A stretch of DNA of 62,765 nt from Syntrophaceae bacterium (GCA_039680225.1 JBDKTK010000178.1:1-62765); one strand, 5' to 3'; positions 27,279 to 36,985 are shown, counted from the stretch's first letter. Notes: generated by a model from the letters alone, not told the origin. Made by a program: numbers and translations.

Positions 27279-29639
27279 ATGAGCGAACCCGCACTGCTTC
27301 TCGAGAGAAGCGAGTCCGAAAAAAACATGGATGACGTGCCCCTGTACAGCAGCAGGATACTGGCCACGTACATCGAATACATCCGGATAAACCACCCCGA
27401 CACAAATATTGAGTACGCCCTGAATTACGCGGGCATTACCATTTACGAGCTGGAGGACGAAGGCCACTGGTTCAATCAGAAGCAGGTGGACCGTTTTTAC
27501 GAAGTCCTCAAGAGGATAACGGGCCGGGAAGACCTTGCCCGGGAATGCGGCAGGTTTGTTGCGCAGTCCCAGGCGTCAAGCCTTATCAAACAGTACGCTC
27601 TCGGGTTTATGCAAACTGCGACTGCCTATTCGCTGATGGGGAAGATCGCTTCAAACATGACGCGGGGCAGCACATGGAAGACAAGGAAACTCGGCCCCAA
27701 TAAAGTCGAGATCATTTCCACCCCGGTCCCCGGCGTGAATGAAAAGCCTTACCAGTGCGAGAACCGGATGGGGAGTTGCGAATCCCTGGCCCTGCCCTTC
27801 ACCAAGAAACTCGCAAAAATCGAGCATCCTGTCTGTTTCCACAACGGGGGCGATTCATGCGTCTACAAAATAACCTGGGAAAAAACGCCTTCCCTGCTCT
27901 GGAGGAGGGTCCGTAATTTCAGTTCCATCTTCCTGGTCGCCATGCTCCCTGCATCGGCGTTGCTGCCTCTGAATTTGTGGCTTAACCTGACGCTTCTCCT
28001 GACGACGTTGTTTGCCTCCGTTACAGCCTATGCGGAATACCTGGAGAAAAGAGAGCTCCGGACCAATATCGAAAACCATGGGGTCGCGGCCGAGCTCCTC
28101 CTCGAGCAGATAAATATCAGGTACAACGAGATGCTTGTCGTCAAGGAAATCGGGCAGGCAACCTCGATGATCCTCGTCATTGAGAAGCTGCTCAAATTCA
28201 TTACAGAGTCCCTGAGCACAAAGCTCGATTTCGACCGGGGCATGATAATGCTGGCCGACAAGGAAAGGAAGCGCCTGGTCTACACTGTGGGCTACGGCTA
28301 TAACGACGAACTCGAAGCCTTCATGAGAAAGGTCGAGTTCCGCCTCGACAACCCCTATTCCAAGGGAGTAATCGTCGAATCCTTCCGGAAGCAGACGCCG
28401 TTCCTGATCAACGACATGGCGGAAATCGAACAGACCATCTCCCGGCGAAGCCTGGACTTTGCAAAAAGAATCGGGGCGCAATCTTTCATCTGCGTGCCCA
28501 TTGTCTATGAGGGAGATTCGATGGGTGTCCTGCTTGTCGACACGATCCGGACAAAACGGCGGCTCAGCCATAGCGACATCAGCCTGTTGATGGGGATCGC
28601 CCCGCAAATCGCAATCAGCATCAACAACGCCCTTTCCTACCAGAAGATTCAGGAAAGCGAGCAGCGTTTCCGTTCATTGAGTGAAAATGCGCCCGATATT
28701 ATCTATACCCTGGATGTAAGGGGCGCTTTGACGTACGTCAACCCCGCCTGGGAAATGGTCCTGGGCCATTCGGAAAGCGAAAGCATCGGCAGGTATTTCA
28801 TCGATTTCGCGAGCAGCGACGACGTCAGCTTCTTTGTAAAGAATTTTGCCCAGGTCAGGGATAAAAAGGAGACCGTACAGGCTATCCACGGGACACTTAT
28901 CCACCACGACGGTTCCTTGAAAACTTTCCTGATGAGCGGCGCGCCCAACCTTGACAGTGAAGGCCAGGTTATCGGCGTTGTCGGCACCCTGAAAGATATT
29001 ACAGACAGGATCCGGGCGGAGCAGGAGCTGAAAGTGAGCTTCGAAAAGCTCCAAAGGGCCATGGAGAGCACAATCCAGGCAATCTCGACCATAGTCGAGA
29101 CCCGCGACCCGTACACATCCGGGCATCAGCAGAGAGTGGCCGCCCTGGCCTGCGCCATAGCGAGGGAGATGGGGATACCGGAGCAGGAGATCGAGGGCAT
29201 CCGGATGGCCTCGGTAATCCACGATATCGGCAAGATCTACATCCCCGCGGAAATCCTCAGTAAGCCCGGCGAGCTCACCAGGATAGAATTCGAGATGATC
29301 AAGAGCCACGCCCAGGTGGGCTACAGTATCCTCGAATCAATCGAATTCCCCTACCCCGTCGCGATGATTGTCAAGCAGCACCACGAAAGGATTGACGGAA
29401 CGGGATACCCGGACAAGCTTTCGGGCAACGCTATCATGAAAGAGGCCAAGATCCTGGCCGTCGCCGATGTTGTCGAGGCAATGGCTTCCCACCGCCCTTA
29501 CCGGCCCTCCAAAGGCATTGATCAGGCGCTGGAGGAAATCGCCAGGAACAAGGGGAAGCTGTACGACGAAAAAGTCGTGGACACCTGCATAGACCTGTTC
29601 AAGACAAAGAATTTCAACTTCAATTATACTTTCAATTGA
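27279..29639 (+). CDS. Membrane-associated sensor HD-GYP phosphodiesterase (N-terminal sensor, 2 TM, GAF, PAS, HD-GYP)
   Basis: 786 aa. HD-GYP core HQQRVA...VIHDIGKIYIP...HHERIDGTGYP is intact. A PAS-like segment (APDIIYTLDVRGALTYVNPAW) and a GAF-like segment precede it. The ATG directly abuts the upstream TAA. Confidence 0.85.
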   Translation: MSEPALLLERSESEKNMDDVPLYSSRILATYIEYIRINHPDTNIEYALNYAGITIYELEDEGHWFNQKQVDRFYEVLKRITGREDLARECGRFVAQSQASSLIKQYALGFMQTATAYSLMGKIASNMTRGSTWKTRKLGPNKVEIISTPVPGVNEKPYQCENRMGSCESLALPFTKKLAKIEHPVCFHNGGDSCVYKITWEKTPSLLWRRVRNFSSIFLVAMLPASALLPLNLWLNLTLLLTTLFASVTAYAEYLEKRELRTNIENHGVAAELLLEQINIRYNEMLVVKEIGQATSMILVIEKLLKFITESLSTKLDFDRGMIMLADKERKRLVYTVGYGYNDELEAFMRKVEFRLDNPYSKGVIVESFRKQTPFLINDMAEIEQTISRRSLDFAKRIGAQSFICVPIVYEGDSMGVLLVDTIRTKRRLSHSDISLLMGIAPQIAISINNALSYQKIQESEQRFRSLSENAPDIIYTLDVRGALTYVNPAWEMVLGHSESESIGRYFIDFASSDDVSFFVKNFAQVRDKKETVQAIHGTLIHHDGSLKTFLMSGAPNLDSEGQVIGVVGTLKDITDRIRAEQELKVSFEKLQRAMESTIQAISTIVETRDPYTSGHQQRVAALACAIAREMGIPEQEIEGIRMASVIHDIGKIYIPAEILSKPGELTRIEFEMIKSHAQVGYSILESIEFPYPVAMIVKQHHERIDGTGYPDKLSGNAIMKEAKILAVADVVEAMASHRPYRPSKGIDQALEEIARNKGKLYDEKVVDTCIDLFKTKNFNFNYTFN

Positions 29640-29801
29640 TACCAACGTGGTTTGCCGGGCCCTGTAGCGTTACTAAGCGTACTGCGATACAGCGACTGAA
29701 AGGCAAGGTGCGGGCTGACGCCGTCCCTGCAAAGGCGGGGGATGGGCGTTATGCAACAGCCGTAATCAGGATTTGATGCCTGTGCAGATTATCAGGGGCG
29801 T

Positions 29802-30575
29802 TTAGGTGAAACGGCGGGGGTCTAAAAAGAACTTCTTGAACTCGCTTATGAAAGCGTCAAAACCGCCCGGGTAGTCATTGTAAGCAGGTCTGACTTTGTC
29901 GGCTGAGACTTCAATCTTTTTCATCCAATTGTACACGTCGACATCGCGTATTTCCCCATAGATCAGGTGATGGGGGACAACATCCACCCGTATATCCGCA
30001 AGGCCCAGGTCATACAGGAACGAGTAAAGCTTGCGGCCGCAATAAGGGTCAAAATTCTGCTCTTCCGAGATCTTGTGCATAACTTTGAAAAAGTACTCTT
30101 CCATCTGAGGCGCAATGCCGTAATGGTTCAGGCTGTTATGATCAAGGTCGAGAAGGCACAGCCTGCCTCCCGGATTCAGGCATTCGCTCAACTGCCCGGC
30201 AATATCCTTGCTTTCCTTCCGGAAATATTCCAGGACGAACCGGACCCAGATAAAATCGAATTTCCCGATATTATCCAGGGGCTTCGTCAGATCGCATACC
30301 TGAAAATCAAGCCCCGGCCTGCCGTATTTTTCCCGGGCGTAGCCGACTCTCCTTTCCGAAAAATCTATCCCCAGGGCGCTTCCCCCGGGCTGGACCATGT
30401 CGAAGAGAATGCCCGTCGTCTTGCCGGTCCCGCAGCCGGCGTCAAGCACTCTCATTCCCGGCTTTATTCCGCACCATCCTGCCTGCTTGCGCACATGGTC
30501 CGGATCTGTTTTCCACTCCAGCCTGGTTTCCTCGTCCGCGCTTTCCATCAGGTAGAATTTGGCCGTATCGAACAT
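29802..30575 (-). CDS. Class I SAM-dependent methyltransferase
   Basis: Motif I VLDAGCGTGKTT. Start moved to ATG 30575 (AAAGGA upstream) from 30662. Confidence 0.85.
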   Translation of the reverse strand: MFDTAKFYLMESADEETRLEWKTDPDHVRKQAGWCGIKPGMRVLDAGCGTGKTTGILFDMVQPGGSALGIDFSERRVGYAREKYGRPGLDFQVCDLTKPLDNIGKFDFIWVRFVLEYFRKESKDIAGQLSECLNPGGRLCLLDLDHNSLNHYGIAPQMEEYFFKVMHKISEEQNFDPYCGRKLYSFLYDLGLADIRVDVVPHHLIYGEIRDVDVYNWMKKIEVSADKVRPAYNDYPGGFDAFISEFKKFFLDPRRFT

Positions 30576-30681
30576 GATTGATCCTTTCAGGATGGTAGCT
30601 ATATAACAGGGGATGGGCGGAGTAAAGGACAAAGCTGTAATTATGCACGGGTTTTTTTGCAAAGGGAGGGGTTGAACGGAA

Positions 30682-30716
30682 AAGGCGGCCGCACCCCCTC
30701 GGAGGCCGGCCGCCTT
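30682..30716 (-). terminator. Stem-loop AAGGCGGCCG-N15-CGGCCGCCTT downstream of the small lipoprotein gene
   Basis: Perfect 10-bp GC stem. On the minus strand TTTTCC follows. Confidence 0.6.
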
Positions 30717-30731
30717 GATTTGACTATAAGA

Positions 30732-30971
30732 TTATTTGCTCGCTACCTGATTCTTATCAATCCGGACAGTTTCCCCCCACCAGTTCTCCGCCTGGGATTT
30801 CTTCATATCGTTATTATCGGTCGTTTTGTACTTGTGCCAGCTGTACCAAAGGTGGTCTCCATCCCTGTACATAGTATCGTGCTGGAAAAATTCCGATCTT
30901 TCAGCGGCAGCACAACCCGCAAAGAAAGCAACCGCAACCAAAATGAGCATCAGTCTTTTCATCTTGAACAT
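30732..30971 (-). CDS. Small lipoprotein (79 aa), function unknown
   Basis: Signal peptide with lipobox MKRLMLILVAVAFFAGC. The mature part is Trp/Lys/Asp-rich. Confidence 0.6.
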   Translation of the reverse strand: MFKMKRLMLILVAVAFFAGCAAAERSEFFQHDTMYRDGDHLWYSWHKYKTTDNNDMKKSQAENWWGETVRIDKNQVASK

Positions 30972-31279
30972 TCTCCTTATTGTGAATTTTTGTTGTAATT
31001 TTATATCCGTTTTCTCTTGAGGTATTTACCTATATACAATGTAAGTCGTTTAGTAAAGCAAAAAGTAAAAAACAGGAAGGAATTTTATGAATACCTTTCA
31101 ACCGGGCATTTATGCTTGATTTTTTAAAAACGATATCGGCTGTTATTTCCAATCTGTTTGTCGCCGGACTGCGGACAAGCGAAACCGGGATGGAAGGAAA
31201 ACCTGCTATTTTGAAAGAATTCAGGGATAAGAACCGGCGAAAGTTTCTTGAATATTGTGACTACAGGAAGAAGGGTCAT

Positions 31280-31312
31280 AAAAAAAGCCCCCTCCGTGAC
31301 CGAAGGGGGCTT
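31280..31312 (-). terminator. Rho-independent terminator of the ilv operon
   Basis: Stem AAGCCCCCT/AGGGGGCTT (9 bp, 10-nt loop) 14 nt after the ilvD stop, followed on the minus strand by seven T. Confidence 0.8.
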
Positions 31313-31325
31313 GGAAAAGTTTACA

Positions 31326-32990
31326 TCAGCCGTTTTTCAGGACCGCGCCCGTGCTGGCCGAGGTGACCAGACTCGCGTAGCGGGCCAGGTAGCCGGTCCG
31401 GGGGGGAAGGGCTTTCGGCTTGAACGCCGCTTTCCTCTTTTCCAGCTCGGCGTCGCTGATTTTAAGATTAAGCTGCTTTTTGGGGATATTGATGGAGATA
31501 ATGTCGCCCTCCTTGACCAGGCCGATCGGGCCGCCTTCAGCCGCTTCCGGGGAAATGTGGCCGATCGCGGCGCCCTGCGTTCCGCCGCTGAACCTGCCGT
31601 CCGTCAAAAGTGCTACCGACTTGTCCAGCCCCATTCCGACTATGGCCGAAGTCGGACCCAGCATTTCCCGCATTCCCGGGCCGCCCTTCGGGCCCTCGTA
31701 GCGGATGACCACGATATCGCCCGGTTTTATCCTGCCGCCCAGGATGGCCTTGATCGCGCTGTCCTCGGAATCGAAGACGCGCGCCCGGCCTTCGTTCACC
31801 TGCATCTCGGGGGCGACCGCCGACTGTTTGACGACGCCGCCTTCCGGCGCGATGTTCCCCCTGATTACCGCTATCCCGCCTTCTTTCGTGTAGGGGGATT
31901 TGAGAGGCCGGATGACATCGGTGTTGAGGACCCGCGCGGATTTCAAATTGTCCGCCACTTTTTTGCCGGTGGCCGTCATGGCCTTGAGGTTGATAACTCC
32001 CAGGGAGCTGATCTGTTTCATGACCGCCTGGATGCCGCCAGCCGCTCCAAGGTCTTCTATGTGATGGGCGCCGGCAGGGCTCAGCTTGCAGATATTCGGC
32101 GTCTTTGCGCTGATTGCATTGAAGAGGTCAAGGTCGATTTCCAGGCCCGCTTCATGGGCGATCGCGGGGATATGGAGCACCGTATTGGTTGAGCACCCGA
32201 GCGCCATATCCACTGCTATCGCGTTCTTGAAGGCGTCAAGGGTGGCTATATCGCGCGGACGGATGTTCTTTTTGAGAAGCTCCATTATCTTCATGCCCGT
32301 ATCCTTGGCCAGACGGCGGCGGGCCGCATTGACCGCAAGCACGGTGCCGTTGCCCGGCAGGCCCATGCCCAGCGCTTCCGTAACGCAGTTCATGGAGTTG
32401 GCGGTGTACATCCCCGAGCAGGAGCCGCAGCCCGGGCAGGCGCAGTCTTCAAGAGCGGTAAGCTCCTCAAGGGTCATGCGCTTGGACTTGACCTGGCCGA
32501 CCCCCTGGAAAACAGAGATCAGGTCGACTGTCTTCCCTTCCAGGTTTCCCGCCAGCATCGGCCCTCCGCTGATGAAAATGGAAGGTATGTTGAGCCGCAT
32601 GGCCGCCATGAGCATCCCGGGGATTATCTTGTCGCAATTGGGAATGAAGACCAGGGCGTCGAACGGGTGGGCCATCGCCATCACTTCAACCGAGTCGGCG
32701 ATCAGTTCCCGGCTGGCCAGAGAGAATTTCATCCCCTCATGGCCCATGGCTATGCCGTCGCAGACGCCGATGGCGGGGAATTCAACCGGCGTCCCGCCTG
32801 CCATCCTGATACCCGCTTTCACGTCCTCGGTTATTATATCAAGGTGGATGTGGCCGGGAATAATCTCGTTGGCCGAATTGACGACTCCAATCATGGGACG
32901 GGAGATTTCCTCGTCCGTGTATCCCATCGCCTTGAACAGGGAACGGTGGGGGGCCCTTTCCAGACCTTTTTTCATCAGATCACTGCGCAT
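31326..32990 (-). CDS. ilvD: Dihydroxy-acid dehydratase
   Basis: Collinear with IlvD ([18 protein letters not shown]..., [14 protein letters not shown]). Start moved to ATG 32990 (AAGGA upstream). Confidence 0.95.
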   Translation of the reverse strand: MRSDLMKKGLERAPHRSLFKAMGYTDEEISRPMIGVVNSANEIIPGHIHLDIITEDVKAGIRMAGGTPVEFPAIGVCDGIAMGHEGMKFSLASRELIADSVEVMAMAHPFDALVFIPNCDKIIPGMLMAAMRLNIPSIFISGGPMLAGNLEGKTVDLISVFQGVGQVKSKRMTLEELTALEDCACPGCGSCSGMYTANSMNCVTEALGMGLPGNGTVLAVNAARRRLAKDTGMKIMELLKKNIRPRDIATLDAFKNAIAVDMALGCSTNTVLHIPAIAHEAGLEIDLDLFNAISAKTPNICKLSPAGAHHIEDLGAAGGIQAVMKQISSLGVINLKAMTATGKKVADNLKSARVLNTDVIRPLKSPYTKEGGIAVIRGNIAPEGGVVKQSAVAPEMQVNEGRARVFDSEDSAIKAILGGRIKPGDIVVIRYEGPKGGPGMREMLGPTSAIVGMGLDKSVALLTDGRFSGGTQGAAIGHISPEAAEGGPIGLVKEGDIISINIPKKQLNLKISDAELEKRKAAFKPKALPPRTGYLARYASLVTSASTGAVLKNG

Positions 32991-33083
32991 GCCGTTTTCC
33001 TTTCTTCTTGTTGATCTTATGAATTGAAAAATGGCCCTGTGATGTATTTTGAGCATCGCAGGACCATTTATCCCGATTATCGG

Positions 33084-34133
33084 CTAGGCTTTCTTTCTGC
33101 GCTCCGGCCTTAACGATCGCACTACTGCACCGGCCTGCCACATCTCGCTGTTGCGCATCGTATCGAGTTCCTTCTGCAGGCGTTCCCGGTAATCCGGCGC
33201 GCTGTTGACCTCCAGCACAATCGCGGTCTCCTTGCCGGTCTTAACCCTGTCGTATAATTCTGTGAACACCGGCGCTACCGCGTCGCGGAATTTGTCCTTC
33301 CAGTCGAGCGCGCCCCTCTGGGCCGTGGTGCTGCAGTTGGCATACATCCAGTCCATGCCGTTCTGGGCGACGAGCGGCATCAGGCTCTGGGTAAGTTCCT
33401 CCACTGTCTCATTGAAGGCTTCGCTCGGGCTGTGGCCGCGTTTGCGCAGTTCGTTGTACTGGGCTTCGAGAATGCCTGCGAGGCAGCCCATCAGGACGCC
33501 GCGCTCGCCGGTAAGATCGGAATAGACTTCCTGCTCGAAAGTTGTCGGGAACAGGTATCCCGATCCGATGCCCACTCCGGCGGCCAGGGTCCGGTCCATG
33601 GCCCTTCCCGTAGAGTCCTGGAACACGGCGTAGCTGGAATTGATGCCGCTGCCGGCCAGGAAGTTGTCGCGGACGGTTCGCCCGGCGCCCTTGGGGGCTA
33701 CCATGATAACGTCAATGTCGGCGGGCGGGATGACCCCGGTCTGCTCCTTGTAAACTATTGAGAAACCGTGGGAAAAATAGAGGGCCTTGCCTTTGGTGAG
33801 GAAGGGCTTCAGTTCGGGCCACATGGACTTCTGCTGGGCATCGGAAAGAAGGTATTGGATTATCGTTCCCCTTTTCGCGGCCTCGAGCAGAGGGAAAAGG
33901 GTCTGGCCGGGGACAAAGCCCTCATCGATGGCCTTTTGCCAGTTGAACTCGCCTTCGCCGACGATGACTTTGATGCCGTTGTCGCGCATGTTGAGGGCCT
34001 GGCCGCGCCCCTGCACGCCATACCCGATAACAGCCACCGTCTCATCCTTGAGGACCTGCCTGGCCTTTTCCAGGGTAAACTCCTCTGATGTGACGACTTC
34101 CTCCATAACTCCGCCGATGTTGATCTTGGACAT
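33084..34133 (-). CDS. ilvC: Ketol-acid reductoisomerase (class I)
   Basis: 349 aa. IGYGVQGRGQALNMRDNG NADP-binding motif and full-length KARI similarity. Confidence 0.95.
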   Translation of the reverse strand: MSKINIGGVMEEVVTSEEFTLEKARQVLKDETVAVIGYGVQGRGQALNMRDNGIKVIVGEGEFNWQKAIDEGFVPGQTLFPLLEAAKRGTIIQYLLSDAQQKSMWPELKPFLTKGKALYFSHGFSIVYKEQTGVIPPADIDVIMVAPKGAGRTVRDNFLAGSGINSSYAVFQDSTGRAMDRTLAAGVGIGSGYLFPTTFEQEVYSDLTGERGVLMGCLAGILEAQYNELRKRGHSPSEAFNETVEELTQSLMPLVAQNGMDWMYANCSTTAQRGALDWKDKFRDAVAPVFTELYDRVKTGKETAIVLEVNSAPDYRERLQKELDTMRNSEMWQAGAVVRSLRPERRKKA

Positions 34134-34165
34134 TTTCCGCTCCTTATATTTTATTTAAACTAAAG

Positions 34166-34651
34166 CTATTTTTTTCTTTCAAGCGCTACTACGCCGGTCC
34201 TGGCCATATCATCCACGCCGAGTGGCTTAAGGCTCCGGATTGCCTTTTCTATATCGTCCTTTACCCCGGTGATTTCGATTACGCAGTGGTCGCCGTTCAT
34301 GGTGACGACCCTGCCCCGGAAAGTGTCGATGATGAGGGCTATGTCGGCCTTGTTCTTGTCCGTGAGCCTCATCCTGACCAGCATCATCTCCCGCATCACC
34401 GATTCGGTCTGAGTTATCTCAGTCACGCTGTTTACGTCAATCAGTTTGATGAGCTGCTTTTCTATTTTCGTCAGAGTGTTTTTATCGGCTATGGTCGTCA
34501 GGATTATTTTTGAAACGGCCGGGTCCATTGTGGCGTCCACGCACAGCGTTTCAATATTGTAACCGCGGCCCCCCAGCACCCCGGCAACCCTTGCCAGAAC
34601 GTCGGGCTTGTTGTTGACCAGCAACGATATGATCCATTCCTTCTTATCCAT
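34166..34651 (-). CDS. ilvN: Acetolactate synthase small (regulatory) subunit
   Basis: ACT-domain start ISLLVNNKPDVLARVAGVLGGRGYNIETL. Start set at ATG 34651 with GAGGTG 6 nt upstream. Confidence 0.9.
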   Translation of the reverse strand: MDKKEWIISLLVNNKPDVLARVAGVLGGRGYNIETLCVDATMDPAVSKIILTTIADKNTLTKIEKQLIKLIDVNSVTEITQTESVMREMMLVRMRLTDKNKADIALIIDTFRGRVVTMNGDHCVIEITGVKDDIEKAIRSLKPLGVDDMARTGVVALERKK

Positions 34652-34763
34652 AAAGAACACCTCGCAAAATGAGTTTTCGTTTCCGCAGACCCCTCGTACA
34701 AAAAAAGGACTCTTTGGTTAAAAATAAACGGGGAGCGGACAGGCGCTCCCCGTATTTAATTTG

Positions 34764-36470
34764 TTAATTGACCATTTCCCGCCCGCCGAGCGTCATATCG
34801 TGGATTGCTGCACCCGGCCTCACCATGGGGTAGACGCATTCCTCTTTGGCAACCTTGAAATCCATTATGACCGGGCCCTCATGCTCCATGGCCCTTTTGA
34901 TCACGGCTTCAACTTCGGATGGTTTGGTTGCCCTCAGCCCCAGTATCCCGTATGCCTCGGCAACCTTGACGAAATCGGGAGCGAAAGTCATGTCGGTGTG
35001 GGAATAGCGCTTATCGTAGAACAGCTGCTGCCATTGGCGGACCATCCCCAGGTACCCGTTGTTCAGGATCATTACCTTTACCGGGACCTTATACTGCCAG
35101 GCCGTCGCCAGTTCCTGGATGTTCATCTGGATGCTGCCGTCGCCGGCGATATCGACCACCAGCCTGTCCGGACAGGCAAGCTGGGCCCCGATTGCGGCGG
35201 GGAAACCGTATCCCATGGTGCCCAGGCCGCCCGAAGTCAGGAAAGTGTTGGGTTCGTCATACTTGTAAAACTGGGCCGCCCACATCTGGTTCTGCCCGAC
35301 TTCCGTCGTGATGATCGCCTTCTTGTCCTTCGTCAGGTTATAGAGCGTTTCGATGACAAATTGCGGCTTGATTATTTCATCGCTCTGGCAATAGGTAAGC
35401 GGGGTTGATTGTTTCCACTCTTCTATCTGGCCGAGCCACTCTTTCCTGGATTGGGCATCCACGGTGTATTTCTGTTCGGAAAGCAGCTGGTTGAACGACT
35501 GCAGGGCGCTTTTGCAGTCGCTGACAATCGGGACGTCGATGATAACGTTCTTGTTGATCGAGGACGGGTCGATGTCCACATGGACGATTTTGGCTTTTTT
35601 CGCAAAGGTGTCTATTTTGCCGGTGACCCGGTCGTCAAACCTGACCCCGATTGCGATCATGAGGTCGCAATTGCTGACCGCCATGTTGGCGTAATAAGTC
35701 CCGTGCATGCCCAGCATTCCGAGCCACAAGGGGTCTGTCCCGGGAAACGCCCCAAGCCCCATCAGTGTAGAAGTAACCGGTATCTGGGTTCTTTTCGCCA
35801 TTTCCCGCAGTTCCGCCGAAGCCTTGCCCAGGATGACTCCGCCGCCGATAAATATCAGAGGGCGTTTTGCCTCGTTGATCAGGTCCAGTACATAGAAGGC
35901 CTTTTTAGAAGCCGGCTTGGCAGGGCCGTTTTCGATCGGCCGGGGCGGAGCGGGTTCATACTCGGTCACTGCCTGCATCACGTCCTTCGGCAGGTCTACG
36001 AGGACGGGGCCGGGCCGGCCGGAAGCAGCTATATAAAAGGCATCCCGGATCGTCCTGGCAAGGTCTTCGATTTTTTTAATCAGGAAATTATGTTTCGTGC
36101 AGGGGCGGGTAATGCCGATAATATCGACTTCCTGGAAAGCGTCTGTCCCGATAAGCGAGGTAGGCACCTGGCCTGTGAAGACGACAATCGGTATGGAGTC
36201 AAGGTAGGCATTTGCGATTCCCGTTACGGTGTTGGAGGCCCCGGGGCCGGAAGTCACAAGGGCAACTCCCACTTTTCCGGATGCCCGGGCATAACCGTCC
36301 GCGGCATGAACGGCGCCCTGTTCATGGCGAACGAGAATATGCTTCAAGCCTTCCGTCTGGTGGAATTCATCGTAAATATCAATTACAGCCCCTCCGGGGT
36401 ATCCGAATATCGTATCGACGCCATGTTCTTTGATCAGCCTGATAAGAATCTGCGAACCTTTGAGCTTCAA
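34764..36470 (-). CDS. ilvB: Biosynthetic acetolactate synthase large subunit
   Basis: ThDP enzyme motifs (GYPGGAV, GLGTMGYGFPAAIGA, GDGSIQMNIQEL). The track ORF extends to 36611 across a hairpin element. I place the start at TTG 36470 (AGGAGG 8 nt upstream), giving M-KLKGSQILIRL, typical for IlvB. Confidence 0.93.
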   Translation of the reverse strand: MKLKGSQILIRLIKEHGVDTIFGYPGGAVIDIYDEFHQTEGLKHILVRHEQGAVHAADGYARASGKVGVALVTSGPGASNTVTGIANAYLDSIPIVVFTGQVPTSLIGTDAFQEVDIIGITRPCTKHNFLIKKIEDLARTIRDAFYIAASGRPGPVLVDLPKDVMQAVTEYEPAPPRPIENGPAKPASKKAFYVLDLINEAKRPLIFIGGGVILGKASAELREMAKRTQIPVTSTLMGLGAFPGTDPLWLGMLGMHGTYYANMAVSNCDLMIAIGVRFDDRVTGKIDTFAKKAKIVHVDIDPSSINKNVIIDVPIVSDCKSALQSFNQLLSEQKYTVDAQSRKEWLGQIEEWKQSTPLTYCQSDEIIKPQFVIETLYNLTKDKKAIITTEVGQNQMWAAQFYKYDEPNTFLTSGGLGTMGYGFPAAIGAQLACPDRLVVDIAGDGSIQMNIQELATAWQYKVPVKVMILNNGYLGMVRQWQQLFYDKRYSHTDMTFAPDFVKVAEAYGILGLRATKPSEVEAVIKRAMEHEGPVIMDFKVAKEECVYPMVRPGAAIHDMTLGGREMVN

Positions 36471-36514
36471 GAGAAACACCTCCTGCTTATAATAATTTTT
36501 TTCCACCTTGATCT

Positions 36515-36540
36515 CCCTCTCCTCCTCTTGCGGGAGAGGG
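36515..36540. repeat. Stem-loop CCCTCTCC-N10-GGAGAGGG in the ilvB 5' region
   Basis: Perfect 8-bp stem flanked by CCCCTCACCCCGGCCC on the minus strand. It resembles a common intergenic palindromic element and explains the spurious PHPGPLPQEEERE N-terminal extension of the ilvB ORF. Confidence 0.5.
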
Positions 36541-36590
36541 CCGGGGTGAGGGGGCCAAGTCCGCTCTCCCCTTTTTAAAAACTGCACCGG

Positions 36591-36628
36591 AAAAAAAAAG
36601 ACCGTTACCATCTCGGCTGGTAACGGTC
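36591..36628 (-). terminator. Attenuator terminator upstream of ilvB
   Basis: Minus strand GACCGUUACC-agccgagau-GGUAACGGUC (10-bp perfect stem) followed by nine U. It lies 29 nt after the leader peptide stop and 120 nt before the ilvB start. Confidence 0.75.
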
Positions 36629-36657
36629 TTTAATTGTGTCATTTGACGATCAAACCA

Positions 36658-36735
36658 TCACGCAGCCCCTCTTGAACAGGGCTCTACAACTACGACTACA
36701 GCAACTATGAACAGTTTAATGATGGTCGAATACAT
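36658..36735 (-). CDS. Putative ilv operon leader peptide (25 aa, branched-chain-rich)
   Basis: Manual translation gives ATG TAT TCG ACC ATC ATT AAA CTG TTC ATA GTT GCT GTA GTC GTA GTT GTA GAG CCC TGT TCA AGA GGG GCT GCG TGA = MYSTIIKLFIVAVVVVVEPCSRGAA. 10 of 25 residues are I/L/V, including VAVVVVV. Too short for the ORF track. Confidence 0.65.
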   Translation of the reverse strand: MYSTIIKLFIVAVVVVVEPCSRGAA

Positions 36736-36742
36736 AAAAGCC

Positions 36743-36771
36743 TTATTAACAAGTTGTCTTACGTATGTCAA
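36743..36771 (-). promoter_or_regulatory. Sigma70-like promoter candidate for the ilv leader (TTGACA-17 nt-TAATAA)
   Basis: Read on the minus strand. The -10 ends only 7 nt before the leader ATG, so the leader mRNA would be nearly leaderless or the real promoter lies further upstream. Confidence 0.4.
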
Positions 36772-36985
36772 GAATTTTTGTAAATACAATCAATTAGAGT
36801 TTCTTCACGAATTTTTCCAAAAATGCTTAGCTGCAAGGCGCAAAAAACCGGACCGCGAGGGACATATGGAAATATCTTTAGATCCTGCGATACGATTTGC
36901 AGCGCGAAGCAGCAGACGCCGTCCGGGCCCTCGATTAAAAACTTCAAGGGCAGGCTCCGGCGGGGATGAGCGTTTTTGAACAGCC

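Noticed and set aside
31112-31366. 84-aa plus-strand ORF in the gap downstream of ilvD.
   Set aside because: It runs through the ilv terminator hairpin and into the ilvD coding region on the opposite strand. It has no RBS and a basic low-complexity tail.
36471-36611. N-terminal extension of ilvB (track start 36611), and similar extensions of other ORFs (2314, 19539, 22649, 30662, 33056, 48857, 50257).
   Set aside because: The extensions run through hairpin or repeat elements or overlap upstream genes, and they lack homology. Internal starts have good Shine-Dalgarno sequences and give N-termini typical of each family.
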